41,581 nucleotides of DNA from a virus (Duplodnaviria; Caudoviricetes), in the IMG/VR virus record IMGVR_UViG_3300030397_000152, positions 1 to 41,581 of that record, one strand, 5' to 3'. Numbering within the stretch: position 1 is the stretch's first letter; every line of letters starts with the position of its first letter. Below the pieces are notes generated by a model. The model ran no database searches. It saw only the letters and a program-made list of their open reading frames with translations, and was not told where the DNA came from. A program made the translations under genes and the position numbers. Shown here piece after piece: positions 15,081-24,985 of the stretch.

Positions 15081-15291
15081 TCAAGTTTCGTATATAAGCC
15101 CCTGTTGCAAGAAGCCGACCACCACGTTATTCCGCCCGCTGTGGGACAACATCACCTGCTCGTTTACCTTACAGTGTCATCACTGTAAAAAAGACTTCAG
15201 GGTCAAAATAACCAGGGCGTCACAGGAGTCTTGTATCCAGGGATATCAACCAGAAGGAGTAATTATAGATGAAATGTATGACAAGAACTGA
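15070..15291 (+). CDS. Small zinc-ribbon protein
   Basis: SPCC...CHHC in the 3' part of ORF 14935..15291; TTG 15070 assumed as start. Confidence 0.45.
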   Translation: MFRNQVSYISPCCKKPTTTLFRPLWDNITCSFTLQCHHCKKDFRVKITRASQESCIQGYQPEGVIIDEMYDKN

Positions 15292-15844
15292 ATTTGAAAA
15301 CATGTTTATAGATGTCGTTGATGAACTTGGAATCAGAGAGAGAGTCAGCGCTCGAATACAAGAAGAGCTGATGGTGCTAAAAACAAAGTTAGCAGAAAAA
15401 TTTATGCACGAGCATACTGACTTTAACAAAAGACTGTCTTACCGTATCACACAAATTGAAGGCGTCCCTTATGATTTGGAGAGCAACTTTGGAATAAGTT
15501 TTACAAGACACGGAACAAGGGAGAGAGACGGTATTGGCCTGGATCGAGATCAAGCTATTGAGCTATGGAAGTCTCTATGTAACTTTCTTGGAAGAGACCC
15601 TGTTTCTTCCATAGAAGAAGTGAACAATCCGGATCACTATACTGAGGGCGGAATTGAGTCTATCAAGATCATAAAAGCTAAGCTCACACCAGAGGAGTTT
15701 AGAGGTTTCTTGAAAGGCAACGTGATAAAATATGTAACCAGAGCGAACTTCAAAGGAAGCCATGACAAAGACCTAAAAAAGACAAAATGGTATCAGGATA
15801 AATTGGTGGAAGAGATCGATAATGAGGGCAGCAAAACAACATAA
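15269..15844 (+). CDS. Protein with C-terminal DUF3310 (SaV-like) domain
   Basis: VNNPDHYTEGGIESI...GFLKGNVIKYVTRANFKG...DLKKTKWY. Confidence 0.8.
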   Translation: MKCMTRTEFENMFIDVVDELGIRERVSARIQEELMVLKTKLAEKFMHEHTDFNKRLSYRITQIEGVPYDLESNFGISFTRHGTRERDGIGLDRDQAIELWKSLCNFLGRDPVSSIEEVNNPDHYTEGGIESIKIIKAKLTPEEFRGFLKGNVIKYVTRANFKGSHDKDLKKTKWYQDKLVEEIDNEGSKTT

Positions 15845-16004
15845 ATGGTGGCACTGGCCAAACGAACGATCCAAGAAACAACCTGGCGATTTAATCGTTG
15901 GAGAAAAATTCTACTTAGTCCAAGAAGACGGTAGCTGGAGGAGGATAGGGAAAATGTCGGATAAAAAGAAAAAGAAGAAAAAAGGTGGAGGCCGTGGGTA
16001 TTAA
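15822..16004 (+). CDS. Small Lys-rich hypothetical protein
   Basis: 60-aa ORF filling the gap before the helicase. Confidence 0.5.
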   Translation: MRAAKQHKWWHWPNERSKKQPGDLIVGEKFYLVQEDGSWRRIGKMSDKKKKKKKGGGRGY

Positions 16005-16037
16005 TATCAAGCAGCAGCAGAAGAAGGAGATCAGTCT

Positions 16038-17024
16038 ATGCGTCACTTTATCCAGCCTGAGCAATATATCAGGCAAAGTACGCAGAATCGTCTCTCCGTC
16101 GATCCAGGAAACCTTTGCACATGGGGCATTGATTACCTTGATTACCACTTTGGCGGTGGCATTGCCCCACGTAGTTTTAACTTACTTGCGTGTGAAAGTG
16201 GTAGAGGTAAAACAACAGCCGTATCAAACATGGCAATGGAAAACAGCATCAGAGGTAAAAAAGTTGCTTTTGTCAGACTGGAAGGGGATATGTACGATTT
16301 TGCAGATACAGAAAAATGGAAGCTCATTTATGCACCAATTGTTCAGAAGTTTCGAAATGGGGAATTTTCTGAGTTGCCGGATTACCAAGCCTATAGGCTT
16401 AACAATATTCCAGGCATTGAACCATTCGAGAAACAAGCTGAGGAGATGTTACTTGAGCGCCTAAAGAACGTTTATCTCTACGATAAGCTGACATACCCAA
16501 CAGTCAACAAAGACACCATACACACGATCCTACAGGATATTCATGGTCACGTTGATCTGATTATCATTGACCACCTTCACTACTTTGACTTAGTGGATGA
16601 GAGACGTCAGTGGCGAGAACAGATGGAGACAGTGAAGCTTCTCAACGACTTCGTTGATAAGGTAGGAACTCCTGTTGTATTGGTATCTCACATCAAAAAA
16701 AGGGAAAATAAGGAGAAGAAGCAACTGCTCTCACTGGATGACATTCAGGGTTCGTCGGACATCTTCAAGATTTCTCATACCACCCTATTTATGTCTCCAT
16801 ACTACGAAGAATATGACATGGAGAATAAAATCTACCCCACACTCTTCTACAGTCCCAAGGCTCGGTATGGGGCTCCACCAACACGGATTGGAATTAAGCA
16901 ATTCGATGGCAAGAGCAAGTCCTATATTGATGGCTACGAGATAGCTGAACAAAAAATCATCAAGGGACAGTGGAAATTAGTAAGATCAACAGATAGGGAA
17001 AAATATGGCGCAAACAATTTTTAA
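16038..17024 (+). CDS. DnaB-like (SF4) replicative helicase
   Basis: Walker A ESGRGKTT, Walker B IIIDHLH, LVSH, DIQGSSDI, KAR; AAGGAG RBS. Confidence 0.9.
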   Translation: MRHFIQPEQYIRQSTQNRLSVDPGNLCTWGIDYLDYHFGGGIAPRSFNLLACESGRGKTTAVSNMAMENSIRGKKVAFVRLEGDMYDFADTEKWKLIYAPIVQKFRNGEFSELPDYQAYRLNNIPGIEPFEKQAEEMLLERLKNVYLYDKLTYPTVNKDTIHTILQDIHGHVDLIIIDHLHYFDLVDERRQWREQMETVKLLNDFVDKVGTPVVLVSHIKKRENKEKKQLLSLDDIQGSSDIFKISHTTLFMSPYYEEYDMENKIYPTLFYSPKARYGAPPTRIGIKQFDGKSKSYIDGYEIAEQKIIKGQWKLVRSTDREKYGANNF

Positions 17025-17499
17025 AGCAGAGTTCGATATGGTGCTGAAAATTAGCACGAACAAAATCTACAGTGGCATTCACTGGCGACGTAGGATGGAT
17101 CACAAGAAGCAGTACGCTTGGGAAGTTATTCGGGTCATCCAGAGCCAGAAGTTAAAGCCTGTAAACGCATACCCAGTTATCCTCTCCTTCCGATTCATAT
17201 TTCAGAAACAGCCCTTCGATTCGTCGAATTGTGGGTATATGGCAAAGCTCATAGAGGATGCTCTGGTGTCCAAGGGGATACTCAAGGATGACACTCCAAA
17301 GTTTGTGTCAGAGGTCAGGCTCAACGCAGAGAAACGTCCGAAAAATCAAAAGAATAAAATTGAACTGGAGGTGATTTATGGAGAGCCCGATGAAGATCAA
17401 CGACGTAGTGAAGATGTTCCAGAACCCCGAAAAATACTTCGGCCTAAAAGTGGGAGACAAAGTGCCACTGGAGGTCAAAACCAACAAAGTCTCTTTTAA
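17005..17499 (+). CDS. RusA-like Holliday junction resolvase
   Basis: DSSN...KLIEDAL...GILKDD catalytic pattern. Confidence 0.8.
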   Translation: MAQTIFKAEFDMVLKISTNKIYSGIHWRRRMDHKKQYAWEVIRVIQSQKLKPVNAYPVILSFRFIFQKQPFDSSNCGYMAKLIEDALVSKGILKDDTPKFVSEVRLNAEKRPKNQKNKIELEVIYGEPDEDQRRSEDVPEPRKILRPKSGRQSATGGQNQQSLF

Positions 17500-17854
17500 C
17501 CAGCTACTACAGGAATTTTGTGCGTTTACAAACATCAGAAACTGGGAACAATTTAAGAAGAGCGCCAGGATCAAATCTTTTAATGCCCCTATGCTCAAAA
17601 GAGAGATCGTGTTCTTTGGTGACAATCGCTTTCCAAGGCCCGAATATGGGTGGTCAGCGTCAGAACTTGAGTATGCCTTTGAAAAGGAGATGTCTACTGA
17701 GGAGCTAGATAAAGTCGATCAACTGAAGAAGTTGTTTGGCGGTGAAATACTAACAAAAAGGAAGGTGAAGAAAGATGAAGTGGTTCGCAATTATTCCCAT
17801 TCTAGTGGTCATGTCGGCGGAACTTATGTCTCCAAATCAAGACCCCGTGATTGA
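17390..17854 (+). CDS. Hypothetical protein
   Basis: ORF 17378..17854; RBS-like sequences precede both 17378 and 17390, so the start is uncertain. Confidence 0.6.
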   Translation: MKINDVVKMFQNPEKYFGLKVGDKVPLEVKTNKVSFNQLLQEFCAFTNIRNWEQFKKSARIKSFNAPMLKREIVFFGDNRFPRPEYGWSASELEYAFEKEMSTEELDKVDQLKKLFGGEILTKRKVKKDEVVRNYSHSSGHVGGTYVSKSRPRD

Positions 17855-17930
17855 GTTTTTAAAGCAGATATTTGAGCCAACAAACGCTTTACTGGTAGGT
17901 ATTCTATTGACCCTGATCCTGAAGCGGTGA
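17775..17930 (+). CDS. 51-aa two-helix membrane protein (not in ORF track)
   Basis: MKWFAIIPILVVMSAELM...ALLVGILLTLILKR; last + strand gene, overlapping the convergent stop at 17904. Confidence 0.4.
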   Translation: MKWFAIIPILVVMSAELMSPNQDPVIEFLKQIFEPTNALLVGILLTLILKR

Positions 17931-19652
17931 GGCAATGTCTTGCAACGCATCTGACGCCGAGACACCAATCGCTCCACCCGTTAATGCTTGACCAGCCGAT
18001 GGAATTGCTTTTCCAACAGGGCCAAGTCTCAGTTGATTACGAACAGCGCTTTTTGCAAGTTGAGGCGTTACTGCATTTCCTGCTCTCAAACCAAGAGTTA
18101 GAGGTGTTCCAGCGTAGAACTGAGGGATAAGGTCTTTGTTCATGCTCCACATCTTGTTCCAGGTATGCCAACCATCAAGTAACTCAATGTCAGCCCGTAA
18201 AGCCTGAGCAATAGCTGAGTCTGAATTGTTCAGGGCATCAAGAAGCAAGTCTACTTCCTCATGTGACTGTAGGAAGCTTTTCCCAAACTTCTCACCACCA
18301 CCTGCCTTCTTTATCTTCTTCTGCTTGTCAAAGAATACCTGAAGTCGATCTCGAACACGCTCCGATTCTTTGGCGTAATCTTCAGCCCCATCCAATTTCT
18401 TAATGTAATCATCGATGTTACGACGAGCAATTTTAAGCGCTTTATCCGCTGCCTTTTCATTTCCGAAATTAATCCCTTCATCCAATCGCTTTCTGATCTC
18501 GTTGAGTTCACGAACTGTAGTATTGGAGTCAATCTCATCCAAGAAGTTTTCAACAGTGGTGTCTTTAAAACCACGCTTAATTTTCTCCTTAAATGGGCCT
18601 TTTCTGGCAAGGTGCTTTTTACTGAGTAAAAGACTTTCTCTCAAGTCCTCAGACATCTTACCGAAAAGCAAATCCGGATCAACTTTCTGATTTCCAATCT
18701 TACCTAAAGTACCAGCAAGCTTAGCTTTCTCCACTCGCTCCATTCTCTCCAGGTTGGACTTCACTCTATTACCTACCTTACGAACAAACTCAGGGTTTTC
18801 TAAATCAGCCTTGCTTGTAGATAAAATAGCTCTTCGTCTGTCGAATAACCGATCCTTTACAGTAGGGGTGGGAGACTTTGTCGCTCGGTGGATTTCCCTG
18901 CTAAATGCAGCTGCCTTATCGTTATCATCCATCTTAGCCATAACGTCCAGCATGAAGTCCTTATCTCCATCAAACGCCTTCTGAACGGCTCGTGGATCAA
19001 CAGCCTCTTCAGCAGCCTCTCTTGCAGCTATACCTCCGGAAGATTTAGCAATTCCCTTACCAGCCAAGCTGACTGCTTTTTTAGCAATCGCTCCAACAAC
19101 AAGCCAATCTCCAACCGTTTCAATTGGAGCGTTTCTGAACTTCTCTGAAAGAACGTCTCTATCAATTCGGAGCTGGCCTGTCTCGTCAGAAACCTCAGTT
19201 CCAAATGATCTGCCAAAATCCTCAATGAGTCCACCAACAATTTCTGGAGACGCTTTAATCAATTCAGGGATAACCACACTGGCATCTTTAGCAAGCTTCC
19301 TTGTGGCCGATTTCTCATTCTTGATAAAGGGTTGCATGCCAAGCCCCTGCATTAGCACAGCTTCTTTCAGTACCGGCGTAAGGTAATTCACGGTTCCACT
19401 TATTGCAGACCCAAGCTGCTTGAGTTCACGGCCAGCTGACTTGAAAGTCTGAAAAGCTCCTTTAATCGGGCCTGGTCGATTCTTTTCCTCAATAGCATCA
19501 AGCTCGGACTCTGTGATCCGATTATCTCTCTCATCCTCTTTCTTCTCTAAGGCTCTATCGGGTGTCGTGGTAATGAGCTCATTGAAGTCATCCCCGACTC
19601 CATCATCCGATCCGATGAGGTTAAGAAAATCCTGCCCTATTCCACCAGCCAT
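17904..19652 (-). CDS. Putative internal virion / DNA ejection protein
   Basis: 582-aa helical Lys/Ala-rich protein at the end of a podovirus late operon; call based on synteny. Confidence 0.6.
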   Translation of the reverse strand: MAGGIGQDFLNLIGSDDGVGDDFNELITTTPDRALEKKEDERDNRITESELDAIEEKNRPGPIKGAFQTFKSAGRELKQLGSAISGTVNYLTPVLKEAVLMQGLGMQPFIKNEKSATRKLAKDASVVIPELIKASPEIVGGLIEDFGRSFGTEVSDETGQLRIDRDVLSEKFRNAPIETVGDWLVVGAIAKKAVSLAGKGIAKSSGGIAAREAAEEAVDPRAVQKAFDGDKDFMLDVMAKMDDNDKAAAFSREIHRATKSPTPTVKDRLFDRRRAILSTSKADLENPEFVRKVGNRVKSNLERMERVEKAKLAGTLGKIGNQKVDPDLLFGKMSEDLRESLLLSKKHLARKGPFKEKIKRGFKDTTVENFLDEIDSNTTVRELNEIRKRLDEGINFGNEKAADKALKIARRNIDDYIKKLDGAEDYAKESERVRDRLQVFFDKQKKIKKAGGGEKFGKSFLQSHEEVDLLLDALNNSDSAIAQALRADIELLDGWHTWNKMWSMNKDLIPQFYAGTPLTLGLRAGNAVTPQLAKSAVRNQLRLGPVGKAIPSAGQALTGGAIGVSASDALQDIASPLQDQGQ

Positions 19653-21091
19653 TACTGACCTCCCTGACGTTTGCGGAGAATGTTGATCTCAGCTTCCGTC
19701 AATTTTCGCCCAAGCTTCTTTTCTACATCAGAGATCACGCCAGTAATATCTTTGGCAAAACCACCAAGTCTTTTACCCGCTGACTTCTGATCTGATGTGG
19801 GGATTTCAACTTCAAACTTCTTTCGCTCTTTTCGCAGGTTGGCAATATCAAATCCGGAGCTCTCCAGGTTGTTCAAGCTAAGATTGACCTTGTCTCCGAT
19901 TTCGTTGTGAAGACTAAGTGATGTCCGGATAATGGTCTCCAAATCAGCTTGCTCAAGGTTCGGAATTGTAGACTTGATCTGACCAAGCTCAGCAAAGCTT
20001 GCCTGAGCACCAGTAATTGCTTTTCGGTAATCGTTCAATATACGTCCAAACTCTGATCTAACCTCTTTAAACTTAGGGTCTTTTGTAAGCTCAACAAGAG
20101 CCTCCCCAACAAGTGGTATTCTGCCTGTTATTGGATCAGGCTCAATACCAAACTCTTTTAACTTTCCTACAGCAAGAACCAGTCGATCCTGGACATTTTC
20201 TAACTGAGTAAGTGAATCCACATCTTTATTCGGAACCTGACGAAGTTTAATGAAAGGCTGACCTGTATCTGTCGCATCAATTATCCGATCTTTGAATACC
20301 TCGTTATTGAGATGAAATAATCGGGCCGGAACGTACCCAGCGTTCTTGAGAGCTACCTCGCTATTCTTGACTCCAAGCTCACCTTCTTTTTGAGCAATCG
20401 TTTTCTGCCTCTGTAGCTCTGGTGATACAAACTTCATAACAGGCTTCCCATCGTCAGTGAAAAGAAGCTTCACCTTACCTGTCTTCTTATTTACCCTGGC
20501 AGCTTGCCCAAGTTCAGTAGCTTCAATTGTGAAGTCGCTTCCCTTTGTACTATCACTACCAAGATCAATTTCCCTTCCAGAATTAGCGAAAAACTCCAGA
20601 GCTGGACGGACATCTTCACCCAGCCCACTGTCAAACAATCCCTGTAAAAGCTTGTTTGATTTCTCTAAAGCCTTATCCTCATCGCCTGTTCTACTAAGTT
20701 CAGTTTTATATGAAGACTGTACTAATTCTCCGAAGCTCAAGAGGTCTTTAATCTTCTGCTTCTTCTCTGATCTGTCGGCGGAGCCAGCAGCCTCTGTGAG
20801 TGTTGATGCCTTGGAAATATCACCTGCTCGTCCAGCAGCCTCTCCAAGTCTTTGCAAGTTTTGAGAAGGTTTAGCACTCGGTGCGTTAAATACCTCCTGG
20901 GTCTCTTTTCTGAGTCGTCTGTTTTGGCCAATTTTTTCTCCTTGTGCAAATCGCTGAGGAGCATTAGAGATAGCGTCGAACAGCAGACCTCTCACCTGAG
21001 CTTCCCCTTGAGGATCGCCCACCTTTTGTTGTCTTACTGCTAATCTTTCTGATCTGTTAGCCAAAGGCTCTAAAAATTGTCCAAACGCCAT
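19652..21091 (-). CDS. Putative internal virion / DNA ejection protein
   Basis: 479 aa; ITGAQASFAEL motif; second of three consecutive ejection-like genes. Confidence 0.6.
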   Translation of the reverse strand: MAFGQFLEPLANRSERLAVRQQKVGDPQGEAQVRGLLFDAISNAPQRFAQGEKIGQNRRLRKETQEVFNAPSAKPSQNLQRLGEAAGRAGDISKASTLTEAAGSADRSEKKQKIKDLLSFGELVQSSYKTELSRTGDEDKALEKSNKLLQGLFDSGLGEDVRPALEFFANSGREIDLGSDSTKGSDFTIEATELGQAARVNKKTGKVKLLFTDDGKPVMKFVSPELQRQKTIAQKEGELGVKNSEVALKNAGYVPARLFHLNNEVFKDRIIDATDTGQPFIKLRQVPNKDVDSLTQLENVQDRLVLAVGKLKEFGIEPDPITGRIPLVGEALVELTKDPKFKEVRSEFGRILNDYRKAITGAQASFAELGQIKSTIPNLEQADLETIIRTSLSLHNEIGDKVNLSLNNLESSGFDIANLRKERKKFEVEIPTSDQKSAGKRLGGFAKDITGVISDVEKKLGRKLTEAEINILRKRQGGQ

Positions 21092-21096
21092 ATTAA

Positions 21097-24069
21097 TTAC
21101 CCCGTCGCAAATACAAAATTATTGGCTGACGTTGTTCGAGGTGTAAACCCTCCAGCAATCGTTTCGCTCAATATCCCTCTGTTAGGGAACCCACCAATAG
21201 GTGCAGCCGTTGGAGCAGCCTGCGTTGTCTGAGGTGCAGCAGCAGGAGCACCAAATCCGGATGCGCCTCCAAATCCCGACACACCAGCATTAAACAGGCT
21301 TGTTCCAAGTCCAGCGATCGTATTAAAAGCTCCGATATTCGCATTAGCTATCTGAGCTTTCTTTTCTGCATCAATGTCAGCAATATTTAATACCTCATTT
21401 ACTCGTGTAGATGCTTCTCCACCTATATTTGTAACATCTGTTGTGGCTTGTTTTCCAATCTGATTTATCGTGGATAATCCAGCGTTTCTGATTTGATCAG
21501 CCAGGATTCCACCTTGTTGTGTAGCATTAGCTGCATCCTGAGTAGCTACATTCAACCCAGTTTGAGCTGCAATATTTCCAGTTTGAAGAGCAGCATTTGC
21601 AGCTGATCCAGCCTGATCTGCCTCAGATAATGCTTGAGTATTTGCGATGCTACGAGCCTGGTTAGAGTTAATCTGACCTTGCAACGTTGCACGTTGTGAC
21701 TCAATTCCAGCAATATCGGTTTCGGCTTTTGCTCTGAGATCACCAAGTCGTTGTGCCAGCTGTGCTTGGCCTTCTGATGTTCCCAGTATACCTTGGGCCT
21801 GAAGTTCTCCAATTATCTTTCTAGCTTCTGACTCAGCACTTGCAATCACTTCGCTTCGTCGTGCGTCCAGCTCTCCGATTCTAATCTCGTTTTCAGATTG
21901 TATCTGAGATACGTTTCCGATTCGACCTGCTTCTACATCAGATGTTTGGGAGGCTCTTGCTGCTTCGATATTTCCAGTATTTAAGGCAGCTCCAGATTGA
22001 GCTACACTACGGGCAATTGCAGCCTCTCTTTCCACATCGGCAATACTCTCAGCTGTACCAGCTTGAATATCAGCTTCCTGACCTCTTGCTCCAGCAAGTA
22101 TATCAGTAAGTTGAGATGCTTCAGCAACATCGATCTCACCAATCCCACGAGTTAGAGCAGAAGCCAAAGCCCCTGTTCTACCAATGTCAGCTTGGCGTAT
22201 TCCAGACTCTGCAATCGCAGCTGCACGATCAATATCAGATAGTCTTTCAGCTTCAGTAATTCCAACATTTGCCAATCCTGTTGTTCGATCAACATTAACA
22301 CCAGTTTGACCAGCGATTCTTTCAGCTTCAATATCAGCAAGCTCAGCAGCTTCACGAGCTCGGATATCTCCTGTTTGTTGGGTCTGTCTGGATCGAATGT
22401 CAGCAACCTGCTCAGTGGCTCCAGCTTGAATATCACCTGTAGTTAAGGCTCTTTCAGCTTGAACGTCACCACGTTGCAAATCGAGATTGCTCAGATTTGA
22501 TCCAGCACCGCTTATGGCGTTACTAAGTACGCCTTGTCCAAATTGACCACTTTGCAAAGCAGTATTAATCAGCTGAACCTGACGAGCAGTTTCTTCAGCT
22601 GCAATCTTTTGCTCTGCTTCCTGTAAAAGCTCCAAGGCTGCCCCAGAATTAAACAATCCTCTTGCAGCAAGATTTCTATTGATTGACTCCTCAGCAGCTT
22701 TTAGTCGTTGCTGATACAGTGGCGATTGAGTGATGTCTTGATTAAGCGCTTGTAACAACAAGCCTCCACCAGCATCACCAAGCTCAAGGTTCTGGGACTG
22801 CAATCCTTCAATCTCATCTCGAACACCTTGCACACGTCCTGTAGCTGTATCAATTGCACCTTCTCTTGCAGAGGCTGCTTCATTTGCACTAAGAACTCTT
22901 TGGTTTGCCCCACCCTGAACACCAGTGGTCAGCGTGTCAGCAGAGTCATTAACAGCTTGAGCTGCTATATCAGAAGTAGCTGAAGCACCAGCTGCTTGAG
23001 CCGAGGCCAATGCCCCGATACCAGAAGAGCGAGCATCCGCAACGTCTGTAACACCTTGTCTTTGTAAACCTGAAACATCTTGAACACCACTCGTTTCAAT
23101 ACCAGCCACACGGCTAACATCATCCAAGGCTTGATCTCTCAGCTGTGTTTGAGTTCCTTGCTCCTGTCCAATTGCAGAAGATAAGACTCCACGAGAAATA
23201 TCTGCAACATTAGAAACTCCACCTGTTTGAATATCCCTAACGTCGCCAACTCCTGATACTCTTGCGTCAGCAGCTGCCTGAGTTCCTGTTAATCCAGCTT
23301 GTCTCGCATCTTCAATTCCTGCCTCTGTAGCTGCAAGAGCCCCTTGCTGAGCTCCGGTAAGCGCATCGGCAGCTCCTGTAATCCCAGCTGTTTGTGCAGC
23401 AGCCTGATCTTGAGCAGCCTGTTCCTGTGTAGCTCCAGCCCCAGTAAGTGATTGAATACGACGATCTGTAGCGCTCTGAGCAGCGTCTGTAATTACTGAC
23501 GTTGAATCTTCAACAGCTAATTCACGTACAGCCTGAGAATCTTGGATACCTTGAATTTGTTCAGCTGTAGCACCAGAGTAAGCGTCCTCCAATGCAGCCT
23601 GTGAAGCCTGAATACCATTTGTTTGAGCAATAGCAGCAAGTTCAACAGCTTGGCTTTCGGCCATGCCAGCTTTCGTGAATCCATCAACAAGTATGTCTCG
23701 CTGAACAACAGCGGATTGTTGAGTGATATTACTGGCTGTTTGAACTGCCTGTTGTTGATCAACTCCGGCTTGCCTGTAAGCATCAGTAAGAATTTGAGTT
23801 CGCTCTTCTCCAGCAGAAGACAATGCCTCAGCTGTTTTTGCGATAACCTCTTGTTCTGTTAAACCAATATCTTCTAGGGATTTACTGATGATGTCATATT
23901 GACCTTGAAGAGCCTCTAATTGAATATCAGTGGCTTGTCGGATAGCTCCGGTTTTAGTTTGGGCAATAGCACGAGCTGCTTTCTTTTTCTCGTTTTTGGC
24001 AGCAATTGAAGAGCCGACTGCTAAGCCACCTCCGATTATCGCTGCACCAATAGCTAATTCTACACCCAT
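21097..24069 (-). CDS. DNA ejection/pilot protein (P22 gp7-like core) with long hendecad repeats
   Basis: Gly/Ala hydrophobic N-terminus; central SPLYQQRL...AARGLFNSGAAL; 11-residue periodicity on both sides. Confidence 0.75.
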   Translation of the reverse strand: MGVELAIGAAIIGGGLAVGSSIAAKNEKKKAARAIAQTKTGAIRQATDIQLEALQGQYDIISKSLEDIGLTEQEVIAKTAEALSSAGEERTQILTDAYRQAGVDQQQAVQTASNITQQSAVVQRDILVDGFTKAGMAESQAVELAAIAQTNGIQASQAALEDAYSGATAEQIQGIQDSQAVRELAVEDSTSVITDAAQSATDRRIQSLTGAGATQEQAAQDQAAAQTAGITGAADALTGAQQGALAATEAGIEDARQAGLTGTQAAADARVSGVGDVRDIQTGGVSNVADISRGVLSSAIGQEQGTQTQLRDQALDDVSRVAGIETSGVQDVSGLQRQGVTDVADARSSGIGALASAQAAGASATSDIAAQAVNDSADTLTTGVQGGANQRVLSANEAASAREGAIDTATGRVQGVRDEIEGLQSQNLELGDAGGGLLLQALNQDITQSPLYQQRLKAAEESINRNLAARGLFNSGAALELLQEAEQKIAAEETARQVQLINTALQSGQFGQGVLSNAISGAGSNLSNLDLQRGDVQAERALTTGDIQAGATEQVADIRSRQTQQTGDIRAREAAELADIEAERIAGQTGVNVDRTTGLANVGITEAERLSDIDRAAAIAESGIRQADIGRTGALASALTRGIGEIDVAEASQLTDILAGARGQEADIQAGTAESIADVEREAAIARSVAQSGAALNTGNIEAARASQTSDVEAGRIGNVSQIQSENEIRIGELDARRSEVIASAESEARKIIGELQAQGILGTSEGQAQLAQRLGDLRAKAETDIAGIESQRATLQGQINSNQARSIANTQALSEADQAGSAANAALQTGNIAAQTGLNVATQDAANATQQGGILADQIRNAGLSTINQIGKQATTDVTNIGGEASTRVNEVLNIADIDAEKKAQIANANIGAFNTIAGLGTSLFNAGVSGFGGASGFGAPAAAPQTTQAAPTAAPIGGFPNRGILSETIAGGFTPRTTSANNFVFATG

Positions 24070-24072
24070 TCT

Positions 24073-24591
24073 TTACCTGAGCTCCTTTGCATAATGGACT
24101 TCTTTCGGTGTGAACCCTCTATTAAACAAATACATTCGGACTGATGTATTGTCACAGGGAACGCTAAAATGGGCGGTGTCTGCTAGTCCTTTATAATATT
24201 CTAACACATATCGAAGTATCGCCACCATGACACGCCCTTTTTTGATGTGATGGATATTCGGACACGCATCCCAGGCTACCTCGTACAGCTTCTTATGATT
24301 AACATTGACCACCGATGGAACAAGCATGAAGATTCCGATTCCAATTATCTCCCCATCCTCTTCATAGCAAATCGCCAGGTGCTCAGGCCCATCCTTAATG
24401 GCCTGTATTGTTCCGGCGGTACTCTCAGGGTCAAATTCCCCATCGAACTTAGAAAACTCAAAACAGCGCCCACAAAGCGCTACACAGTCATCAAGAACAT
24501 CGGTAGTAATTCGCTTAATATGCTGCTGTGGATCGATACGCTCCAGAGAGTCTAATCTCTCTCGAACCTCCGCTATTCCAGTTTCCACCAT
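24073..24591 (-). CDS. GNAT-like protein of the tail module
   Basis: EEDGEIIGIG, NTSVRMYLFNRGFTPKE; this position before ejection genes is common in podoviruses. Confidence 0.65.
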   Translation of the reverse strand: MVETGIAEVRERLDSLERIDPQQHIKRITTDVLDDCVALCGRCFEFSKFDGEFDPESTAGTIQAIKDGPEHLAICYEEDGEIIGIGIFMLVPSVVNVNHKKLYEVAWDACPNIHHIKKGRVMVAILRYVLEYYKGLADTAHFSVPCDNTSVRMYLFNRGFTPKEVHYAKELR

Positions 24592-24985
24592 CGTATCTCC
24601 TTATGCTTACTGTTGCGCTACTTGCTGTAAGTAATCCAAACCCCGATAATTCATTGCCACCATCCTTAACTGTTGCCGGAAGCATGATCGATCCAGATGC
24701 TGCCAATGGCAGATCAAAATTGACACTCAGATCAGGCGTTCCACCTACAGTAAAAGATGCTGCAAACTCTACAAAAATAAGTTCTCCAATAGCAGCATAT
24801 CTCGCCAAAGATACACTTGGGCTGCTAATAGACATTGACCCGCTGGCTGAAAGAGTAGGGGAGAAGTCTGTAAATGTCTTTGTTTTTAAATCTTCGGTAA
24901 GCTTCCGGTATAGAGTAAAGAACCAATCTTTTTCCCGAACATTATCTTCAAATAATCCTATGGGCGATTCGACAATTACTGTCAT
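24515..24985 (-). CDS. Putative minor tail protein
   Basis: WFFTL N-terminus followed by a beta-rich domain (ARYAAIGELIFV, FDLPLAA). Confidence 0.6.
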   Translation of the reverse strand: MTVIVESPIGLFEDNVREKDWFFTLYRKLTEDLKTKTFTDFSPTLSASGSMSISSPSVSLARYAAIGELIFVEFAASFTVGGTPDLSVNFDLPLAASGSIMLPATVKDGGNELSGFGLLTASSATVSIRRYDGGNWNSGGSREIRLSGAYRSTAAY

